In this document: one piece after another, positions 54,194-64,000 of the stretch
Numbering within the stretch: the stretch's first letter is position 1
Layout: each line of letters opens with the position of its first letter
DNA from: Octopus sinensis
Taxonomy: Eukaryota
Direction: 5' to 3'
NCBI RefSeq assembly: GCF_006345805.1
Contig: NC_043005.1
Span: 36,456,001-36,520,000 of the forward strand
DNA: 64,000 nt
Translations under genes and position numbers: made by a program
Notes under the pieces: model-generated
Told to the model about the DNA's origin: nothing
The model's input: the letters and a program-made list of their open reading frames with translations, nothing else
The model's database searches: none

Positions 54194-54238
<45 letters not shown>

Positions 54239-54391
54239 ATATACATATATATACATATTAATATATATATGTATATATGTATGTATATATATATATATAT
54301 ATAATATATATGCATGTGTATATATATGTATATATGTATGTGATATTTATATATGTATATATATGTGTGTGTATATATATATGTATGTATG

Positions 54392-54424
<33 letters not shown>

Positions 54425-54719
54425 TATATATGTATGTATATATAAATATATGTATGTATATGCGTGTGTGTGTATGCGTGTGTGTGTGTGTATCAGTGGG
54501 TTTATGCATGGCTATATTATTTTTTTTTCCGTATAAACAAAATTATGTAGATATTTTATTAAAACTGCAACAAAAATTAATGGACAGTTATGTGTACTGC
54601 ATTTCTGATGTGGCGTGAAATTAAATGACTTGGAATGCAGTAAATAAAATATTTACCACAAGTTGTCAATTTTTACCTCATCCATTGCACATACGCACAT
54701 ACAAACACACAGACGCACG

Positions 54720-54766
<47 letters not shown>

Positions 54767-55501
54767 GTATCTATCTATCTATCTATCTATCAATCTATCT
54801 GTCTATGTATGTATGTATGTATGTATCTATCTATCTGTCTATGTATGTATTTATGTATGTATGTATGTATCCATCTATCTATCTATCTCTATCTCTCTCT
54901 TTCTCTCTCTGTATATATATCGATCTATCTGTATGTCTAACTACTTAGCTAGCTACCTATATCTATCTTCTCTGTCTGTCTTTCTTTCTGCCTGTCTCTT
55001 CCACATAGACGTAAACATACTCACAGACACACACATTTACATACATACATACACACAGTTACATACATACATACAGACAGACATACATACATATATACAT
55101 ACATACATACAAACATACATACTCACAAACAAACATGCATTCACATACATACACACATGCTTATTGAAAAAGCAAACATATTCTCTCATAGCTGTGTCTC
55201 CTTATATATAGACCCCGCACCACACATCTGTGTGTGTTTGTTTGCATGTGCGTGTATGCGTGTGTATTGTAGCTATCACCAAGAAACCTAAAAGGAAACC
55301 GTCGTTATAGATAATGAATATAAATAATAAATATAAACAATGAAATAAATAACATGAAATATAGAAATGTAAAAGCTGAACAATAAAATATAATTATAAC
55401 AATAAAAAGTGAAATAAAATGCAAAATAATGAAAAACTCGGAATGTATATAATAGAAAACTCAAGTGTGTAGTAACACACACACAGGCACACACACACAC
55501 A

Positions 55502-55551
<50 letters not shown>

Positions 55552-55642
55552 ACACACACATACACACACATATACACATACACACGCAGAGGCTTGTAGA
55601 AATGTCGATGTCTTGAAAGCCACTCTAAAAATTCTCAGCGCT

Positions 55643-55723
<81 letters not shown>

Positions 55724-55731
55724 CATCTATA

Positions 55732-55770
<39 letters not shown>

Positions 55771-55771
55771 A

Positions 55772-55823
<52 letters not shown>

Positions 55824-56540
55824 GAGCTAGCTATCTATCGAGCTAGCTATCGTAATCTTACGTAAAGTTACATTACTTAAGAGGCTCGAGTTTTGTGTAT
55901 GGCTCTTGTCAACGAAATTTTGTGTCCTTCAGCAGACATACATACGCACATACATATGCACACACATGCATTCATGCATACACACGTCCGTAGATGCACA
56001 CGCATATTACATAACATGTATACATATGTATATATATATATATAGATATATATATATATACAGAGAGAGAGGGGAAAATAGAGAGGGAGAGAGAGTGACA
56101 TAGTATGATAGATAGATAGATATACGTATACATGAATATATGTATATGTACACGTAGACGTATGTGCATTTCTCTTTATATATATACATCCCCTAACTCC
56201 CTTACTGGTATGACATGAGGCGATATAGAGAGCGATAGGGGAGGAAAACGGAAGGAAAAGTACGGGTTTGAAAATGATGTAATTTTGTTCTTCATAATAA
56301 GGACACAATGGGAAACGTGTATTGATGATCTCCAATTAAAGCGATCCAGGGCTCTTTCTCAGCTGCTCCTCAAACCACGAAGTAAAAAAAAAAACAACAA
56401 ATAAATAAGTATATAAAACTGAATATGTAAAAAAAATAAACGGGAAAACGAGAGAAAGTAAATTGATAGAAAAATGATGGAAATGATAGAAAATAAAATA
56501 TGAGTGTGTTTGTATGTATGTATATATATATATATATATA

Positions 56541-56752
56541 ACGTTTCGGGCAAATTATATAATAAAGTAAAATACTGACATTTGTTTCTGTTTTTACTTT
56601 CAATCTTTCTTTTTATTGACCGGTAGAAGTAGGAAATGAAGTGGTGCAGCTGACTGGAGTGGCCACCCGAACGGAATATGCTATGAAAACATTACATCTG
56701 TAAATCACGGGCGATTAGCTTCAAGGTTGAATTAGGCATGCAGATAGATAGT

Positions 56753-56842
<90 letters not shown>

Positions 56843-57907
56843 TTTAGGAAGAGCGGTAAGTAGGTAAGGAGATTGGCTGCCGTAAATGTTACCTGAGAGA
56901 GATATAAGCAACTTCGTGGAATAGTAACTCTTTCCAGAAGTTGGATGAGATTTTTGCTTTTTCCTTCATCAAATTCCTTTCTGCTTTCTTCCTCTTATCT
57001 CAAGTAGCTGGCGTATTTGTTTTTATGCCGTGTGTATTTATATATTTATGCATGGATGTACCTCTGCGTGCATGTGTGCGTGTTTTGTAGCTTTGTAGGA
57101 GCCCTGAATGGCTTGTTCTTTCAGATTAGATGTTTTCCATTATGTGTAAAGGTAGTATTCTTGTTCTCCTGCGTTTTTCATCTAAAGAAAAACACGTGCA
57201 ATAAGAAACGAATGAACACAAATATATTTTCGTCTTAAGTCTTCAAATCATGTTTCTTCACCTTTTACTGAATATATTTAGTACCACTCGATCCGGTGTA
57301 GTGCTTCTCTCCACCATCCAGGCTCTATCGCTAGAGCTCTGGATGAAAAAAAAAACCTTGCGGTATTTGTTTTGGACTCCAAGGATCTATATTCAAATTT
57401 CGTCGATGTCAGTTTTGCTTCCATTCTTTCGGGCTCCATAAAACACGAAGAGAGTACCCCAGACAGTGATTGATGGAACTGAAATGACGCTGGTATTTGT
57501 TACTAGGTTTTTGAATTCAAATCTTGCGATGTTCCGTGGGTGTCTTTAACAGTGAGTACTATAATACAACCATCTGGACCAGGTCTTCGATTTGCGAATA
57601 TTTTCATCCCATCCGTCTCGGGGATTCTGTAAAGGATCAGTGGCATTGCTTTCCTTCCTTACTAAGAAATAATATATATATATAATATATATATAACGTT
57701 TCGGGCAAATTATATAATAAAGTAAAATACTGACATTTGTTTCTGTTTTTACTTTCAATCTTTCTTTTTATTGACCGGTAGAAGTAGGAAATGAAGTGGT
57801 GCAGCTGACTGGAGTGGCCACCCGAACGGAATATGCTATGAAAACATTACATCTGTAAATCACGGGCGATTAGCTTCAAGGTTGAATTAGGCATGCAGAT
57901 AGATAGT

Positions 57908-58005
<98 letters not shown>

Positions 58006-58855
58006 TTTAGGAAGAGCGGTAAGTAGGTAAGGAGATTGGCTGCCGTAAATGTTAGCTGAGAGAGATATAAGCAACTTCGTGGAATAGTAACTCTTTCCAG
58101 AAGTTGGATGAGATTTTTGCTTTTTCCTTCATCAAATTCCTTCTGCTTTCTTCTCTTATCTCAAGTAGCTGGCGTATTTGTTTTTATGCCGTGTGTATTT
58201 ATATATTTATGCATGGATGTACCTCTGCGTGCATGTGTGCGTGTTTTGTAGCTTTGTAGGAGCCCTGAATGGCTTGTTCTTTCAGATTAGATGTTTTCCA
58301 TTATGTGTAAAGGTAGTATTCTTGTTCTCCTGCGTTTTTCATCTAAAGAAAAACACGTGCAATAAGAAACGAATGAACACAAATATATTTTCGTCTTAAG
58401 TCTTCAAATCATGTTTCTTCACCTTTTACTGAATATATTTAGTACCACTCGATCCGGTGTAGTGCTTCTCTCCACCATCCAGGCTCTATCGCTAGAGCTC
58501 TGGATGAAAAAAAAAACCTTGCGGTATTTGTTTTGGACTCCAAGGATCTATATTCAAATTTCGTCGATGTCAGTTTTGCTTCCATTCTTTCGGGCTCCAT
58601 AAAACACGAAGAGAGTACCCCAGACAGTGATTGATGGAACTGAAATGACGCTGGTATTTGTTACTAGGTTTTTGAATTCAAATCTTGCGATGTTCCGTGG
58701 GTGTCTTTAACAGTGAGTACTATAATACAACCATCTGGACCAGGTCTTCGATTTGCGAATATTTTCATCCCATCCGTCTCGGGGATTCTGTAAAGGATCA
58801 GTGGCATTGCTTTCCTTCCTTACTAAGAAATAATATATATATATAATATATATAT
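56541..58855. repeat. Tandem duplication, period 1155-1163 bp
   Basis: ACGTTTCGGGCAAATT at 56541 and 57696. By eye the copies differ by one substitution, two 1-nt indels and two GATA units; TA-bounded. Confidence 0.97.
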
Positions 58856-59100
58856 TCATAAAGTATATGTTCTTTTAGTGATTTCAACCATTGGATAGCG
58901 GTCATACTTGTAAAATGTCATTGTCAAACTCAGGCACTCACGCATGTAATTCAGTGCACGATCCAGAAACCGTGCAGGCTCAAATAACATGGTTATGTTG
59001 CTTGATTGCCAAGCCCTGAAAGGTACGCTATGAAAGCTTGCTTGATCACAGGACTTTTCAAGCATGAAATTTGAGTTAGCTCATGCCTAAATTCTGTATT
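57250..59100 (+). pseudogene. Decayed Penelope-like reverse transcriptase (partly duplicated: 57250-57680 and 58410-59100)
   Basis: Collinear motifs LVPL / AVFVLDSKDLYSNF (cf. LVxxDVKSLYTNIP) / FNSEYY-IQPSG..ANIFI (cf. FNxxYYxQxxGxAMG..ANIFM) / HSRM*FS..NNMVMLLD (cf. HPxIKFT..IxFLD). Confidence 0.55.
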
Positions 59101-59716
59101 CATTAAATATTTATCTCTTACCGTATTCAATGCCTTTTTAACCGATTTTATCAACAAACGAATAATTCACCAGACACGCACGCACACACACACGCGCACA
59201 CACACATACACACACGCACACAAACACACACATACATACATAGATACATACATACACATGTAGCAGTATCCCAGACTTGTCTAAAAATGGTTGGTCAGAG
59301 CCTTAAGCAAGACATATTTATCCAAGGTATGACGACGCAGTGAAGGAGGATCCTAAGCCCATTGGCGAACTGTCTAACCATGCAGGCATATTTGTACCTA
59401 CACACACATACTCACACACTCACACATATATTAGCAAAAGCTTCGTAAAGCCATAGCTGTCAGCGATAACTTGTTCTATATCGTGAGCAACATGTACTTC
59501 CTTTCTGCTCTCCATCATCTCTTCTTGGACTTTCCTCTAGTATCCGACAAAGAAACCTTATACTTTTCCTTTATTTCTCCTTTCTTTCTCTGACCATCAA
59601 TCTAATAGCATTAACTGTGGACTTCTCTTGGACTTCTTTTGATTTTTGTCATTTCTTTTGCATTTGATTTGCTAAACATAGATACAGACACATATATACA
59701 TATGTATACCTCTTTA

Positions 59717-59824
<108 letters not shown>

Positions 59825-59972
59825 CATCTATCTATCTGTCTAGCGGTGGTGGGGGACAAACACAGACACACTGACCACACAGACACACTGACCACACAGA
59901 CGCACAAATAAATAAATATATCATATATATATACATTCATATATATTTATACATATATATATACCATATATG

Positions 59973-60010
<38 letters not shown>

Positions 60011-60510
60011 CATATATATATATACGACGGGCTTTTTTCTGTTTCCGTCAACCAGATCCACTAATAAGGCATTGTTCGCCCCGAGGTTATAGAGAGACTG
60101 AACTCGAAGCTATATGTTGGGGAAGCACATTTCTTGCCACACATAAATATATGTCCATAAAGTTAACCAGACATATGTATATATATTAATATACATTTTG
60201 ATTTAGACGTGGAATCTCTTCTGGCTTCTGAATCCTGTAACTAATATTGTATCTATGAAGTCGCAACTACTCCAAATCTTTGTTGAAGATTTTCTCATCT
60301 TTATATTAAAAATCTAACACATTTTCTGTTGCTTTTCCATTCAGTTGACGGCTGACTACACTTTTGAGCTGTATTCTATTTGCCTGTGCGAACTTGTCTT
60401 CATAATATCGACTATTTCTGCTATCCATTCTGGAACCATACACGATCGATGATCTCATATTCTATCGCCTATCTCCTTATTATCTTTCTGTTTATTACCT
60501 CTCAACTCTT

Positions 60511-60614
<104 letters not shown>

Positions 60615-61554
60615 TCTTTTTATCCCTTTTTTCTTTTTTCCTTTTTCCTTTTTTTCCTTTTTTCTTTTCCTTTTTTTTGTTCTTTTTTCCCTTTTACGAT
60701 CCCTTTTGATCGAAAACCTACGCCACCTTTTCTTTTTTTTTTCCTCCCCCAAAAGAAAAGCTCTACCTTGTAACTTGTCCCATCTGTGTGCAGCCCTGTG
60801 TGGCCAATAAAGAAACTTATCTATCTATCTATCTATCTATCTGCCTGCCTGTCTTTGTCATAATTCAGCTTCTCTTTCTACGTTTTTGAATAACATCACA
60901 ACCATTGCATTTGTTCAATTCACAAAAAATGATACATTGTAGAAACATTCATAGATGCTTCAAAGCGTTAAATCTGCCACCCTATTACCAATAATTAGCA
61001 TCTGGCCCGTGATGTTCCTCTATATTACCAACTCATAACAAGAAATAGTAAATGAACTTTTAAATATTTCATAGCTAATAAACAAAACTGAATATGTTAT
61101 AATATATATATATATATAAAACTAATAATAAAAGAATAACAATATTATTTTTCTTGTTTTATTAAGCATTTGATTTTCTTACGTAGACCCAGCTATATTA
61201 TGCGAAAAGTACCAATCTAGGGCGATAGATTATTGGAGTGTTAAGAAACACGATTCGGAGTTTTTCAGTATTTGTTCTGGTTCTTTGCATTCTCTGTTTA
61301 AGCCTTACACCCTGACTGAGACTTAAAAGGTTATCTGACTTAACATAACAGCTTCGGAACTTGGGTATCTTGAGCAGATGCTACTCTGTGAGAAGAAACA
61401 GGTCCAGATGAGTAGTTGAAGAGCAACTTCCTCTCTTCTAGTATATCTGGTGGCCTTGTAAAAAGCAGTGCCCACAAACATGTGACGATTTATAGTCCTT
61501 GGTTTCTGTGAAAAATAATTCTGCTTTACCTTTTGATTAAAAGGTGAACAAAAA

Positions 61555-61953
61555 TAGGCGTAGGAGTGGCTGTGTGGTAAGTAGCTTGCTAACCAACCAC
61601 ATGGTTCCGGGTTCAGTCCCACTGCGTGGCATCTTGGGCAAGTGTCTTCTGCTATAGCCCCGGATTGGTAGATGTGAGTGGATTTGGTAGACGGAAACTG
61701 AAAGAAGCCTGTCGTATATATGTATATATATATATGTGTGTGTGTTTGTGTGTCTGTGTTTGTTCCCCTAGCATTGCTTGACAACCGATGCTGGTGTGTT
61801 TACGTCCCCGTCACTTAGCGGTTCGGCAAAAAAGAGACCGATAGAATAAGTACTGGGCTTACAAAGAATAAGTCCCGGGGTCGATTTGCTCGACTAAAGG
61901 CGGTGCTCCAGCATGGCCGCAGTCAAATGACTGAAACAAGTAAAAGAGTAAAA
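61555..61953 (+). mobile_element. tRNA-derived SINE family C, full length (reference copy)
   Basis: Head GGCGTAGGAGTGGCTGTGTGGTAAG...GGGTTCAGTCCC, internal (TA)/(TG) tract, tail GAAACAAGTAAAAGAGTAAAA. Confidence 0.92.
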
Positions 61954-62224
61954 ACATATTTGTTTGTAAATTCTTTTACTGTTATTTCGGCAGGTGCAGT
62001 AAAATCTGTGCTTCAATGAAGAGATCAGAATAAAACTAAAATTGTCTTGTTCGTTTATGAACAAAGGAAATATTATTGGCTATTGGCTAGTATAGATTTG
62101 TCTTTATATTTATTCCTAGTTACGTTTATTTTCATGATCCCTTGAATACGTTACAACTAACTTACCAATGATGTCTATTAATTATAGGAGCAAAAGGTTT
62201 AGCTAATATTCAAATAGAAGCAAG

Positions 62225-62430
62225 GTGGTTTGCAGGCCGGGCAATATGCTTAGCGGCTTTTCGTCCGTCTTTACGTTCTGAGTTCAAATTCCGCCGGTGA
62301 CGACTTTACCTTTCACTCTTTTTATCGGGGTCGATAAAATAAGTACCGGTTGAACATTGGGGTCGATGTAATCGACTCACTCCCTTCTCCGAAATTGCTG
62401 GCTTTGAGGCAAAATTTGAAACCAATATCA
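62225..62430 (+). mobile_element. SINE family B
   Basis: ATGCTTAGCGG...GTTCTGAGTTCAAATTCCGCC...GGGGTCGATGTAATCGAC...GCAAAATTTGAAACC. Confidence 0.85.
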
Positions 62431-63214
62431 AAAAAGAAGGAGACAAAGATACGAATATACTTAAACATTTAAATCTACCAATGTTATGTATTGCCATTTT
62501 TTCAAATGTTTTCTGTATGTTATAAGCACACACCCCATCACCATGCGTCTGTAAAAGGATTCTAAAAGTTGCTGAAGTCAGCAAAATATTCTTGTAGTCA
62601 CTTTAGATTAAGCATTTTATGTGGATAAAAGGGTTAAGATAATTCATAATCATATAGAGGACTCGTACTTAAAAAGAAAATCATTTATTTTAATGCTCTA
62701 CCACCGACATAATAACCTCGCTGACGTAGAGAGGGAGGTTGCCCTTTCTAAAAGGTTAAGTTAGATTTCAGATTTCTGCGACAGAATGAACAATGCATTT
62801 TTGCCAGGCAACTTGAAATTCCATCAATATTCATTACATGGAATTTTGATGGAATAATGATGAATATTCACTAAGAATTTCCCGTTCTGTCGAATTAAAG
62901 AACGTCAACCCGTGCATAGGACACGAATATACACGCTCTGAGTTAATATCGTAATAGTCTCTGTATTCTTCATCTGGGACATGCAAGTTAATTAAAAGAT
63001 GGCTAATTATTTGATGATTATCTTATTTGCCTTCACCTGAGACAATTATTTCCATGTGATGTCCCTCTTCAATTAATTTACAAGTTCAGGAGGATTCAGC
63101 TAATCTTGGGGTGTTTGGAAATTAATTAATTACAAAGAAAGCTGGCCAGTTACAGCTTATTAGAGTATGCATAAGTTTACACATACACGCACACACACGC
63201 ACATACACAATATA

Positions 63215-63304
<90 letters not shown>

Positions 63305-63333
63305 TAGTATACATATGTGTGCATATATATATG

Positions 63334-63364
<31 letters not shown>

Positions 63365-64000
63365 GTATACATATATATTTGGATACATATGTACATATAT
63401 TTATGCATATATGTATATATGTACATATACATTTGCAAACACATATATATAAATGTATATATTCGTATACATATGTGTATATATATATATATACACATAT
63501 GTATACATATATATTTGGATACATATGTACATATATTTATGCATATATGTATATATTATATATATATAATATATATATATACACATACAGATATTCGAAT
63601 GCATTCGCATACATATTTGTATGTATATCCACGTATATACATAAGTGTTCTAATCTTAATCTTTCGCAATTTCTAGATAATTTCGTTTTGTTCTAGACTA
63701 AATCTATTTTAGATTTTGCTATCAAAGTAGTTTACTCATTAAACAAGGCATTCATTTTAGTAAATAGATCTATCGTGTATTATTGGCTATATTGTATAGG
63801 TTGTTAATTAGTTTAATGCTATTTCGACTATTTGTGTGTATGGTATGTGTGTGTATGTGTGCGTGTATGTTTGTGTGTGTGTGTGTGTGTATGGTTTTGT
63901 GTGGGTACATGTATACACAACGTTTACAGGTTTGCGTACGGAGGTGAGTGTATTTCTATAGTTATATGTGCGAATGTCCTTATATATACGTTTTGGTATG

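Noticed and set aside
56627-56699. Plus-strand exon candidate EVGNEVVQLTGVATRTEYAMKTLHL
   Set aside because: No phase-consistent partner exon, equally plausible antisense frames, and it lies within the duplicated TE-derived unit.
58942-59015. Perfect-looking minus-strand exon (TTTCAG/...ATGC/GTGAGT; AWQSSNITMLFEPARFLDRALNYM), phase-compatible with a frame starting at 58822
   Set aside because: The plus strand here is collinear with Penelope RT motifs (HPxIKFT, IxFLD), the putative next exon hits a stop, and no protein family is recognisable. RNA-seq could overturn this.

Overview
AT-rich, microsatellite-saturated eukaryotic (metazoan) DNA. The SINE families and (TA)n/(GATA)n/(CA)n load resemble cephalopod (Octopus-type) genomes; this is recognition from memory, not a database result. 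No host protein-coding gene could be established, and most ORF-track entries are translated microsatellites or SINEs. The interpretable content is a layered record of mobile DNA: (1) a young, nearly intact CR1/L2-group LINE (APE+RT, 25526-28740) broken only by one missing A in a homopolymer; (2) two diverged ORF1 remnants of one L1/Tx1-like family, one starting exactly with a U1-snRNA-like 5' end (16539-16505) and one carrying a CCHC knuckle; (3) several decayed Penelope-like elements, one with a recognisable GIY-YIG domain followed by a hammerhead-ribozyme fold; (4) mariner, Gypsy and RTE remnants, a non-autonomous Helitron, a Helentron/HINE-type element and MITEs; (5) many copies of at least four tRNA-headed SINE families (my labels A-D); (6) two near-identical microsatellite-bounded tandem duplications that may be assembly artefacts. 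The most novel-looking candidate is the U1-headed Tx1/L1-like element. Boundaries of decayed elements are approximate.
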